From: an uncultured bacterium
GTDB lineage: Bacteria; Krumholzibacteriota; Krumholzibacteriia; LZORAL124-64-63
Length of the DNA: 64,000 nucleotides
Assembly: GCA_937910695.1 (NCBI GenBank)
Contig: CALEMW010000054.1
Location: 13,831 to 77,830 of the forward strand
Direction: 5' to 3'
Under the pieces are notes generated by a model. It ran no database searches and was not told the DNA's origin. It saw only the letters and a program-made list of their open reading frames with translations. Within the stretch, counting starts at the first letter, position 1. Each line of letters begins with the position of its first letter. Shown here in pieces: positions 1 to 8,356 of this stretch. The translations under genes were made by a program, and so were the position numbers.

Positions 1-94
1 CGCCGCTCCCTCCATCGTTTCAGGTGGTATCGACCAATATGCTCCGTTATGCTCCACGGCACAATGATGATCCCAAACCCACGCGGAGGTACCC

Positions 95-2620
95 GTGCGT
101 TTCCTCGCCGTTTTGCTGCTTTGCCTATCGATCGCCGTCCCCCTCGCCGCTCAGACCGGCGACGGCGCCTTGCCCGACTACGCCACCGAGACCGAATTCC
201 TGCCCACCTCGCCAGGAGTGATGGGCGGGGCCGCCGGCGCCTTCGTCCTGCCGGCGGCTTGGGCGGCGACCGATCGCTCCGGCGCCGCGTTCTGGTGGGA
301 CGACCGGGATGTCACGGGCAGCGGACTGGAAAACTGGGGCCTCTCCATGGGCCGCACCATCGGCCTCGCCGTTCAGCATCGCACCTACCTGAGTTCCGGT
401 GGTGCCCTCGGTGTAACCGACTGGCAGCTGGGACTGGCCCGCGGCAACCGCCGCAGCACAGCGGCTGTCGCCTGGCGTTGGTCCAGCGGCGACGCCGACG
501 CCGTGGGTCGTGAACGCGCCCTGGTCTTGAGTTCTCTCCACCGCCCGGGACGGAGCGTGAGCCTCGGCCTGAACGCCGTCTTTTCCGTGGAATCCCCGGC
601 CCGGGAAGGCCTGGTGGACCTGGGCGTGCGCCCCTTCGGGCTTCCCTGGTTGACGCTCTTCGGCGACTATGCCGTGCGTGAAGGCCAAGGACTCGACCAG
701 GGTTCGTGGGGAGCCGGCGTCTCTCTGCGACCTGTCAGTGGACTCCAGCTCGGCCTGCGTCTGCGCGAAACGGCCGACGACGATCTTCGCTTCACCTTCG
801 CCGCCGGCCTGACCTTCGGCGGCGCCGGTTACCACGGAACATCCTCCTACGATCCCGACGGCGAACTGATGTTCACCTCCTACCTGGTGGAGACCGACGG
901 CCCCCGCGCTCCGGCTCGACTTCCCGACGGACTCGTGCCCGGGGGCGACAACCCGCGCATCGTCGCTCTGGATCTCGAAGGCCGTGTCCTCACCTATCAG
1001 AAATACAAGTGGTTCGACGATCACCGTCTCGCCTGGCTCGATCTCGCCCGGGTGCTCGAAGCCGCGGCCGACGACCAGGACGTCGACGGCGTGGCCCTGA
1101 ACCTGGCAGGTTTCTCGGGACGTCCCTCGCTGCTCTGGGAAATGCGGACCAGCCTCTTGAAACTGCGTCGGCAGGGCAAGATCGTGATCGTGCACCTCGA
1201 CCGCGCCGGCATGCTCCTGCACGCCGTCGCCACGGCAGCCGACGAGGTGACCATCGACCCTGAAGGCGGACTCACGCTGCCCGGCATCGACCTGAGCCGC
1301 ACCTACATGAAGGGCCTGCTCGACAACCTCGGCCTCGGCTTCGAGGCCCTCCAGTACTTCGATCACAAGACGGCGGTGGAGGTCCTGAGCCTCGAGGCCA
1401 TGTCCGACGCCGACCGTGAGCAGCGCGGCCGCATCGTGGATGTGATCTACGAGGGCATCCGAGAAGCAGTCACCGAAGGCCGCGCCCTCGACCGCGAGGC
1501 CTACGATGCCGCCGTCGATGACGATCCCCTGCTGTCGGCGACGGACGCCGTGGCAGCCGGCCTCGTCGACCGCACCGGCCGTTGGTCCGGACTGGGACGC
1601 CGGCTGTCCGAAGAGAAGAACGCAGTCCTGGTCGGCGCGAATCCGTTGTGGTTCCGCACTCATCAAGACGAACGCTGGGGCGAGCCTCCCGTCGTGGCCG
1701 TTGTCTACGCCCTCGGCGAATGCGCCATGGATTCAGGCATCCGGGGCCGCGCCACAAGCGCCTATATGCGACGCCTCGCCGCGGATCCAAACGTGGCGGC
1801 GGTCGTGCTCCGCGCCGATTCCCCCGGCGGCGACCCCCTGCCCAGCGATCTCATCGCCGACGCGATCACCCAGTTGCGCGAGGCCGGCAAGCCCGTCATC
1901 GTCAGTCAAGGGGACGTGGCGGCTTCCGGAGGCTACTGGATCAGCATGAACGGCACCGAAATCCTCACCACACCGGTGACGATCACCGGTTCCATCGGCG
2001 TGATCGCGGGCTGGCTGTGGGACAAGGAGCTTCATGATAAGATCGGTGTGAACGCCGACGGCGTCTCCCGCGGCAAGCATGCCGACCTGTTCCGCAATGT
2101 CCGCTACCCTGTGGGCTTCGACGTACCCTCACGGCCCATGACCGCCGAGGAATCCGACTACGCCAAGACAAGCATCCTGGATATGTACGACCGCTTCGTG
2201 GAGGCCGTGGCCGCGGGCCGCGGCATGGAAGCCGAGGAGGTGCGCCGTATCGCCGGCGGCCGTGTGTGGATGGGCGGCGACGCCGTCGATCTCGGCCTCT
2301 GTGATGGATTCGGCGGCCTTCTCGACGCCGTGCACCGTGCCCGCGAACTGGCCGGACTCAGCCCGGATCAAGAAATCAACCTTGTCGAATACCCACCACG
2401 CCAGCTTTTCGAGATGCCGAGCATGGGTCTGCCGATTCCCGGACTGCGCGGCGCGTTCAGCCTGTCCCTTCCCATGCTGGCTGGAATTCCGACGACCGAC
2501 TCGGAGTTGGAGATCGACCCGGACATGGCCATGCTGGGCTCCCTGTCCGCCTGGAACGGCAGACCGACGGCCGTCCTGCCTCCCGACATGCTGCCGGAGG
2601 CCTGGCGACGGACCCCTTGA
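95..2620 (+). CDS. sppA: Signal peptide peptidase SppA (protease IV, S49 family), two-domain 67K type, with cleavable signal peptide and an extra ~300-aa N-terminal domain
   Basis: GTG start 95 preceded by GGAGG (85-89). N-terminal signal peptide 'MRFLAVLLLCLSIAVPLAAQ'. Two S49 repeats, including the hallmark 'VVLRADSPGGDPLPSDLIADAITQLREAGKPVIVSQGDVAASGGYWISMNGTEIL'. Confidence 0.8.
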   Translation: MRFLAVLLLCLSIAVPLAAQTGDGALPDYATETEFLPTSPGVMGGAAGAFVLPAAWAATDRSGAAFWWDDRDVTGSGLENWGLSMGRTIGLAVQHRTYLSSGGALGVTDWQLGLARGNRRSTAAVAWRWSSGDADAVGRERALVLSSLHRPGRSVSLGLNAVFSVESPAREGLVDLGVRPFGLPWLTLFGDYAVREGQGLDQGSWGAGVSLRPVSGLQLGLRLRETADDDLRFTFAAGLTFGGAGYHGTSSYDPDGELMFTSYLVETDGPRAPARLPDGLVPGGDNPRIVALDLEGRVLTYQKYKWFDDHRLAWLDLARVLEAAADDQDVDGVALNLAGFSGRPSLLWEMRTSLLKLRRQGKIVIVHLDRAGMLLHAVATAADEVTIDPEGGLTLPGIDLSRTYMKGLLDNLGLGFEALQYFDHKTAVEVLSLEAMSDADREQRGRIVDVIYEGIREAVTEGRALDREAYDAAVDDDPLLSATDAVAAGLVDRTGRWSGLGRRLSEEKNAVLVGANPLWFRTHQDERWGEPPVVAVVYALGECAMDSGIRGRATSAYMRRLAADPNVAAVVLRADSPGGDPLPSDLIADAITQLREAGKPVIVSQGDVAASGGYWISMNGTEILTTPVTITGSIGVIAGWLWDKELHDKIGVNADGVSRGKHADLFRNVRYPVGFDVPSRPMTAEESDYAKTSILDMYDRFVEAVAAGRGMEAEEVRRIAGGRVWMGGDAVDLGLCDGFGGLLDAVHRARELAGLSPDQEINLVEYPPRQLFEMPSMGLPIPGLRGAFSLSLPMLAGIPTTDSELEIDPDMAMLGSLSAWNGRPTAVLPPDMLPEAWRRTP

Positions 2621-2696
2621 TCTCAGCGACGACTTGGCCCACTGTGGGCGGCCAGGGGGCGACCCCGGCAACGCGATCCATCATGAGGAGGAAATC

Positions 2697-3458
2697 ATGA
2701 AACGCATCTTCGCCTTGGGCCTTGCGGCCCTCGCATTGGCCACGACGGGATGTCTGCAGCTCGAATCGGCGGCCGTGATCGACAAAGACGGCAGCGGCAC
2801 GCTGGATATCACCTACACCGTGCCCCTCGATGTGGAGGAGGCCATCAAGGAGCTTTCCACTCTCGACGCCGGAAAGGACCAGGACATGGGCATGCCCCCC
2901 TTGTTCGACGACGGCTTCGATATCAGCGAGATGAAATCCGAGCTCACGCCCCTCGGCGTCAAGGTCAAGGATTACACCAACGGAGTCGAGAACGGCAGCC
3001 GCGTCATCCGCATGAGCCTGGCCTTCGACGACATCGACGGCCTGCAGGCCGCCCTGGAAAGTGCCGGAGGCAGCGACGGCGCCATGGGCCTGAGGCGCCT
3101 GCCTGACGGCAATTATTATTTCGGCGAAGTGGAAACAGCCGGCACCTATGACGAAGAAGAGGATGACTACGAGGAAATCATGCCCGATATGGACGACATG
3201 GAAGACATGGGCGCCGCCATGAAGAACGTCGCCCGCTCCATGGAGCTCATGGGAGTACTCATGAGCCGTGCCGATGAAATGATCATCTCCTGGCGGATTA
3301 CCGTGCCCGGAGACATCATCAGGCACAACGCCCAGCAGGTCGAGGGCCGCACCTGTGTGTGGAAGCTCGATTCCTCGGGCATGATGTCCGGCGACATGGA
3401 CGCTCCCGAAATCGTGTTCTCGGGAGAGGGCCTGAAGATCAAAGCTCCTGAAAAATAG
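2697..3458 (+). CDS. Hypothetical lipoprotein with strongly acidic/Met-rich C-terminal segment
   Basis: ATG 2697 preceded by AGGAGG. Lipobox 'LALATTGC'. 'EEEDDYEEIMPDMDDMEDMG' acidic stretch. The longer upstream ORF (from 2262) is R/P/C-rich junk. Confidence 0.55.
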   Translation: MKRIFALGLAALALATTGCLQLESAAVIDKDGSGTLDITYTVPLDVEEAIKELSTLDAGKDQDMGMPPLFDDGFDISEMKSELTPLGVKVKDYTNGVENGSRVIRMSLAFDDIDGLQAALESAGGSDGAMGLRRLPDGNYYFGEVETAGTYDEEEDDYEEIMPDMDDMEDMGAAMKNVARSMELMGVLMSRADEMIISWRITVPGDIIRHNAQQVEGRTCVWKLDSSGMMSGDMDAPEIVFSGEGLKIKAPEK

Positions 3459-3590
3459 CCCGGCTGTTCGCGGGCCCGGGGGGTGCGGTTTGTCCGCGCC
3501 CCCTTTTTTTTCTGCTCCCGGTTCCAACCTTTCTCCTCCATCATCCGTCCAAGGACTTGCATGGGGGCGCAAGGACCCCGGACCCAAATC

Positions 3591-4175
3591 ATGGAGACGG
3601 TCATGCAGGCCAGGGCTGAACGAATGCACGAGGAACGACACGACGGGTTCAACGCCCCCGACGTGTCCCTTCTCGTCCATCGCGCCCGCAACGGTGATCG
3701 CGCCGCGTTCGAGCAGCTCTACCGACTTCACGTGAGCAGGGTCTACGCCCTGTGTCTGCGGCTCTGCGACGACCGCGACGAAGCCGCGACATTGACCCAG
3801 GACGCCTTCGTGCGCGCCTGGCAGCACCTCGGGTCTTATCGCGGCGACAGTCAGCTGCTGACCTGGCTGCACCGTCTTACGGTGAACGTCGTCCTGGATC
3901 ACCGGCGGGCCTGGCGGCGGCGGGCCCTGCTCGAAATCGCCGACGGCGAGGACCCCGGCGACCGTTCCTCTGTCCATTACGACCGGACATCGACCCGCCT
4001 CGATCTCGAAAAGGCCCTCGCCACCCTCCCTCCCGGCGCCCGCACGGTCTTCGTGCTCCACGAGGTCGAGGGATACCGCCAGACCGAGATCGCCCTGATG
4101 ACGGGCGTCGCGCTCGGCACCGTCAAATCCCAACTCCACCGCGCCCGGGCACTGCTGCGGGAGGTCCTGCGATGA
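3591..4175 (+). CDS. ECF (sigma-70 family group IV) RNA polymerase sigma factor
   Basis: Region 2 ('LYRLHVSRVYALCLRLCDDRDEAATLTQDAFVRAWQHL') and region 4 HTH ('QTEIALMTGVALGTVKSQLHRARALLRE') motifs. Start uncertain (3561 or 3591). Confidence 0.8.
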   Translation: METVMQARAERMHEERHDGFNAPDVSLLVHRARNGDRAAFEQLYRLHVSRVYALCLRLCDDRDEAATLTQDAFVRAWQHLGSYRGDSQLLTWLHRLTVNVVLDHRRAWRRRALLEIADGEDPGDRSSVHYDRTSTRLDLEKALATLPPGARTVFVLHEVEGYRQTEIALMTGVALGTVKSQLHRARALLREVLR

Positions 4176-4774
4176 ACCGACACGACGATATCCGCGAACT
4201 CCTTCACGACTTCGTCGATCACGAACTCCCGGCCGACCGGCAGGACGACGTGGCCCTGCACCTCGCCGAGTGTGCGACCTGCGCCGCCGATGTCGACGCA
4301 CTGCACGCTCTGCGTACGGCCGCCCAGGATCTACCACTCAGCATCGCACCCGACGACGATCTGTGGGGCGCCATCGACGTCCGGCTCGGCGATTCCACTT
4401 CATCGTTCCAAGGTATCGACCGCCACGCCTGGACCATGCGATTGACCTGGGCCGTCGCCGCTGTCCTCGCCTTCGCCCTGATCTGGACCCGTGGCGACGG
4501 CGAAGTAGGCCCGCTGAAGAATCTGACGCAGTCCTACGACACCGTGCGTCACGATGGAGAGCTGGCTCTTTCGAGCGACAACAGCAGACTCGACATCTCC
4601 GGCCGCAACGCCATGACCGACGGCATGAACGCCATCGACGACGCCATCCGCGAAACCCAGATCGCCCTCGACGCCGTGGCCGACGCACCGGAGCAGTTTC
4701 GGCATCTGGCCGACGGGTATCAGAAGAAGATCGACCTGCTGCAACGGCTTGTTCGCCGTGCGGCGCGACCCTAA
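4172..4774 (+). CDS. Membrane anti-sigma factor, zf-HC2 (putative zinc finger) type
   Basis: ATGA start/stop overlap with the sigma gene. 'HLAECATCAADV' H-x3-C-x2-C motif. Single TM 'LTWAVAAVLAFALIW'. Confidence 0.7.
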   Translation: MNRHDDIRELLHDFVDHELPADRQDDVALHLAECATCAADVDALHALRTAAQDLPLSIAPDDDLWGAIDVRLGDSTSSFQGIDRHAWTMRLTWAVAAVLAFALIWTRGDGEVGPLKNLTQSYDTVRHDGELALSSDNSRLDISGRNAMTDGMNAIDDAIRETQIALDAVADAPEQFRHLADGYQKKIDLLQRLVRRAARP

Positions 4775-4784
4775 AGGGAGATGA

Positions 4785-5681
4785 ATGATGAAGCTCAACG
4801 CAAAGACCATGCTGGCAATCATGCTCCTGGCGATCCTCGCCATCCCGGCCCTGGCTGGCGGCGACATCGACGAAAAACGCGACGTGAACAGCGACGCTAA
4901 GATCGTCGTGGACAACCTCGCCGGATCGATCACCGTCGTCGGCTGGGATCGCAACGAGGTCGAGATCAAGGGCTCCCTCGACGAGAAGGCCGACAAGCTC
5001 GATATCGAAGGCGATCGCGACGATCTCGAGATCAAGGTGAAGTACCCGAAGAAGAAGAACCTGAACATCAAGAAGGGGTCTGTCCTCGAAATCCGCGTGC
5101 CCGAGGGCTGCCGGCTCGAACTCAAGGGTGTGAGCTGCGACATCGACGTGAGTAAGTTCCACGGACTGCTCGAAACCGAAAACGTCAGCGGCGACATCCG
5201 CATCGTCGGGGACACCGCAGGCATCACGACCTCCACAGTCAGCGGCGACGTGTTCATCGACACCGACACCGACGTCGTGGAAGTCAGCTGCATCAGCGGC
5301 TATGTGGAGGTGCGTGGCGTTCGAGGCACCCTCGAAGTCAACATGGTGAGCGGTGAAGTCGAAGTGCACAGCGACGTGTTGAAGAACTTCAGTTTCAACA
5401 TCGTCTCCGGCGATCTCGACATCGAAGTCGCCCCTGCCGCAGACGCCGACTGGGAGATCAACAGTCACAGCGGCGACATCACCTTGCGGCTACCGTCCGA
5501 TGTGAGCGCCGAATTCGACATCGAAGTCTTCAGCGGCGACATCGACAACGCGTTCGGCCCCGAAGCCCGACGCACCAGCAAGTTCGCACCCGGCAAAGAG
5601 CTTCAGTTCACCGCCGGAAGCGGGAGCGCGAACATAGAGATCTCGACCTTCAGCGGGGATATCCGACTGGTCCAACGCTAG
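4785..5681 (+). CDS. Secreted DUF4097-type beta-helical repeat protein (putative adhesin; LiaG/YvlB-like)
   Basis: Signal peptide. Repeated '(V/I)SGD(I/V)' beta-strand repeats ('VSGDIRIVGD','VSGDVFIDTD','ISGYVEVRG','VSGEVEVHS','VSGDLDIEV','HSGDITLRL','FSGDIDN','FSGDIRL'). Third gene after the sigma/anti-sigma pair. Confidence 0.65.
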   Translation: MMKLNAKTMLAIMLLAILAIPALAGGDIDEKRDVNSDAKIVVDNLAGSITVVGWDRNEVEIKGSLDEKADKLDIEGDRDDLEIKVKYPKKKNLNIKKGSVLEIRVPEGCRLELKGVSCDIDVSKFHGLLETENVSGDIRIVGDTAGITTSTVSGDVFIDTDTDVVEVSCISGYVEVRGVRGTLEVNMVSGEVEVHSDVLKNFSFNIVSGDLDIEVAPAADADWEINSHSGDITLRLPSDVSAEFDIEVFSGDIDNAFGPEARRTSKFAPGKELQFTAGSGSANIEISTFSGDIRLVQR

Positions 5682-5766
5682 TCTCGGGGATGAGCACGCC
5701 AGTCCCCCGTTGATCGAAGGCCCGCTCCATAAGGAGCGGGCCTTTCGTCGTCCGGAGACGACGTGT

Positions 5767-6963
5767 TCAGCGGGAAAGCGTGATCTTAGTCGTGGTCGTA
5801 CTCGATCCACTGCGCATCCGCGCCAGGTACGTGCCGGAGGGAACGATGTGTCCCCCGACATCGAGTCCCTGCCAGACGATCGAGCCCCGCCCAGCAGGCA
5901 GAAAACCGTCGATCAGCTTCACCACGCGGCGCCCCTTGATGTCCAGAAGCTCCAGCAGCGCCGGGCCTTCGACCTCAAGAGCATAACTCAGGGTGATCCT
6001 GGGATTGAAGGGGTTCGGGTATCCCTCGAGCACGACGACAGCCGGGGGCAACTGGCCCACCCCGGTCCCCACAGTCAACTGATAGGCGAGGACGAGTTGA
6101 TCCATCCCCTGCGCCTCGGTATAGGAATACCCGCTTACGTAGAGCCGACCCAGGGAGTCGATCGTGAGCGCCAGTCCCTCGTCGGTGATGTGATCGACGC
6201 CGTCCCAGCGCTCGACCCATCTTATCTTGCCGATGGTGGGCTCGAGACCGAGGGTGGCGACGTCCCACGACGTGCCGGTCCCGTCGCTGAACCCCGTCAC
6301 GACGATGTCGCCGTTCGGAGCGAAGGTCACGGCGTTGGCCACGTCGTACCAGCCCTGCGGCCCTGCATAGCTCTGACTCCAGACGGTCGCACCGTTCGAG
6401 CCGTCGAGCTTAACGATCAGGTAGTCGCCCGCCGTTGAGCCGACGAGGACCGGGTTGCCCGCGTCGTCGAGGATCATCTCGGACGGGTCGTCGGCGCTGG
6501 CGCCGAGGTGGTTGTAGGACACCGACCAGACGGGCGTGCCGTCGCTGCCGTCGTATTTCGCCACGGCGATGTCGTAGGACGTGGCGCCGCCCCACTCCTT
6601 CCAGGCTGCGATCACATCGCCCGCCTCATCCACGCAGACCCAGCCGTCTCCGCTCTGATCGTTCACCAGACCCGATTCGTTGCGGGCCCAGAGAGCGCCG
6701 CCGTTGGCGCCGTCGTACTTCACGATCATCAGGGTCGCCGAGTTGTCGGCGTTCTGGACCAGGCCCGAGACGACAGGACAATCGTCGTTTCCCACAGCGA
6801 CGCCCAAGGCGCGGTCGTCCATGCGGGCGGCCCCACCCTCCTTGGCCTCCCATAGAGGTGCACCGTCGGCATTGGCGAATTTGATGGTGACCAGCTCGTC
6901 GTCGCGTCCGGTCACGAACATGCGCCCGGCGATCACGATGTCGTCGGAGCCATCGAGGGTCAT
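5767..6963 (-). CDS. C-terminal 398 codons of a secreted BamB/PQQ-like beta-propeller repeat protein ending in a T9SS type-A / FlgD-Ig C-terminal sorting domain
   Basis: C-terminus 'YPNPFNPRITLSYALEVEGPALLELLDIKGRRVVKLIDGFLPAGRGSIVWQGLDVGGHIVPSGTYLARM'. Repeats of the form 'DxxIVAKLDGSNGATVWS'. In frame with 7072..7419 across a single TGA. Confidence 0.6.
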   Translation of the reverse strand: MTLDGSDDIVIAGRMFVTGRDDELVTIKFANADGAPLWEAKEGGAARMDDRALGVAVGNDDCPVVSGLVQNADNSATLMIVKYDGANGGALWARNESGLVNDQSGDGWVCVDEAGDVIAAWKEWGGATSYDIAVAKYDGSDGTPVWSVSYNHLGASADDPSEMILDDAGNPVLVGSTAGDYLIVKLDGSNGATVWSQSYAGPQGWYDVANAVTFAPNGDIVVTGFSDGTGTSWDVATLGLEPTIGKIRWVERWDGVDHITDEGLALTIDSLGRLYVSGYSYTEAQGMDQLVLAYQLTVGTGVGQLPPAVVVLEGYPNPFNPRITLSYALEVEGPALLELLDIKGRRVVKLIDGFLPAGRGSIVWQGLDVGGHIVPSGTYLARMRSGSSTTTTKITLSR

Positions 6964-7071
6964 CCCGTAGGTCGATTCGTTTTCATCACCTGTTGAAGCA
7001 TAATGCTGAAACCAGAGAACCTCTCCGGTTCCGCCGTCGAGCTTCGCGACGACGATATCGTCTCCGTGGCC

Positions 7072-7419
7072 TCAGCCAACGCAACCCAGGATGTGGCCGC
7101 CGACGATCACATCCCCTGCCGCGTCGCAAGCGACGCCGCTGACCGCCATGTCCGAGGTGTCGAACGCAGGAATGCGCCGGGACCAGAGTTCGGCGCCGGT
7201 CTCGCGATGGAGCTTGCGCACCAGCATGTCCGAACCGTCGATGCCGTCGTGGCTGCTGCCGGCAACCACCAGGTGCTGGTCCGAAGTGATGCAGACCACA
7301 TCGCCATGGTCGTCGTAGAGGCCGCCGCCGTCATACGCATCGGACCAGAGAAAGGTCGGGTTCGCCTGTGCCAGGGCGGGGATGATCAGGCACAGACAAC
7401 AGGCAAGAACCCACTTCAT
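7072..7419 (-). CDS. N-terminal part (signal peptide + first propeller blades) of the same gene as 5767..6963, cut off by an in-frame TGA at 7072..7074
   Basis: 'MKWVLACCLCLIIPALAQA' signal peptide. Translation through the TGA gives '...GHILGCVG*GHGDDIVVAKLDGGTGEVLWFQHY...', which continues the repeat pattern. Confidence 0.55.
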   Translation of the reverse strand: MKWVLACCLCLIIPALAQANPTFLWSDAYDGGGLYDDHGDVVCITSDQHLVVAGSSHDGIDGSDMLVRKLHRETGAELWSRRIPAFDTSDMAVSGVACDAAGDVIVGGHILGCVG

Positions 7420-7741
7420 CAGGCAACTCCTCGTTAAACCATAGTTATTTAGTCGCTTATAGCCGACCCCAAGACTGCACGCCCGGGAACTTACGGCATT
7501 ATATCATAGTTCAATGAGCCGGTCGAGATCCGGACCGATCCAGGAGAGCAGCAGAGTGCCGGATGTCCTTGACACTTCGTGAATTGCGTAACAGTCTCTC
7601 CGTTGCTGCTCCCGGAACGTCATGAAGTTGTCATTTTTTTCTTTGGGAGCCCGCAGCCAGATCGCTAAGATGTGAACTGTCGAACTACTTCACGTCTGCC
7701 CACTCCGTCGGCCCAGCCGACGACGACGAGTCCAAGGAGGA

Positions 7742-8281
7742 ATGATGAAGCGCATGAGCCTGATCCTCGCGCTCGCCCTGGTTACCATGGCTGCCGCGAC
7801 CGCCACCTTCGCCGCCGATCCCGAGATCATCGGCGCTCCCAAATGCATGATGTGCCACAAGGCCAAGACCGGCGACCAGGCCGCGATCTGGGAAGCCTCC
7901 GCTCACGCCGGTGCTTTCGAGACTCTCAAGGGCGAGAAGGCAGTCGCCATCGCCGCCGAGAAGGGCCTGGGCAACCCCTGGGAAGAGGCCACTTGTCTGG
8001 GATGCCACACGACCCAGCACTTCACCGGCGCCGCCGTGAACGCGACCGGCAAGTACGAACTGACCGAGGGTGTGAGCTGCGAAGCTTGCCACGGAGCCGG
8101 CTCGGCCTACAAGTCCAAGAAGGTCATGGAAGATCATGACGCAGCCGTCGCCGCCGGCATGCTCGTTGCCGACGAAACGACTTGCGTGAAGTGTCACAAC
8201 GACAAGAGCCCGACTTTTAAGGGCTTCGACTACGCGACGTACTGGGAAAAGATCAAGCACCCGGTTCCCGCCGCCGAGTAG
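7742..8281 (+). CDS. Periplasmic tetraheme c-type cytochrome
   Basis: Signal peptide. Four CxxCH motifs (CMMCH, CLGCH, CEACH, CVKCH). AGGAGG RBS. Confidence 0.8.
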   Translation: MMKRMSLILALALVTMAAATATFAADPEIIGAPKCMMCHKAKTGDQAAIWEASAHAGAFETLKGEKAVAIAAEKGLGNPWEEATCLGCHTTQHFTGAAVNATGKYELTEGVSCEACHGAGSAYKSKKVMEDHDAAVAAGMLVADETTCVKCHNDKSPTFKGFDYATYWEKIKHPVPAAE

Positions 8282-8301
8282 TTCGAATCGAACTGACGGA
8301 A

Positions 8302-8336
8302 AAGGCCCCCGGCTTGCAGCCGGGGGCCTTTTCTTG
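8302..8336. terminator. Rho-independent terminator hairpin between convergent cytochrome genes
   Basis: 'AAGGCCCCCGGC ttgca GCCGGGGGCCTT' 12-bp stem followed by TTCTTG. Confidence 0.7.
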
Positions 8337-8356
8337 TCCTGCGACGGCACTATGAA

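Noticed and set aside
125-1666. 513-aa ORF on the minus strand antisense to sppA; similar long antisense ORFs at 2457..4337, 10522..12705, 11487..13160, 12948..14183, 13187..14929, 15032..16219, 22825..24372, 33347..34792, 36899..38086, 39937..41739, 44816..47560
   Set aside because: Arg/Gly/Ala/Pro-rich, low-complexity translations typical of stop-codon-poor antisense frames in ~67% GC DNA. In every case the opposite strand encodes a protein with clear family motifs.
7072-7074. TGA as a selenocysteine codon
   Set aside because: It falls in a structural beta-propeller repeat with no redox motif, and no SECIS-like hairpin is evident immediately downstream. Sequencing error or pseudogenisation is more parsimonious.
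8282-8300. 'GTTCGAATCGAAC' resembling a tRNA T-arm just after the cytochrome stop
   Set aside because: Loop is only 5 nt. No acceptor stem, D-arm or anticodon arm is present. It is just a small hairpin before the terminator.
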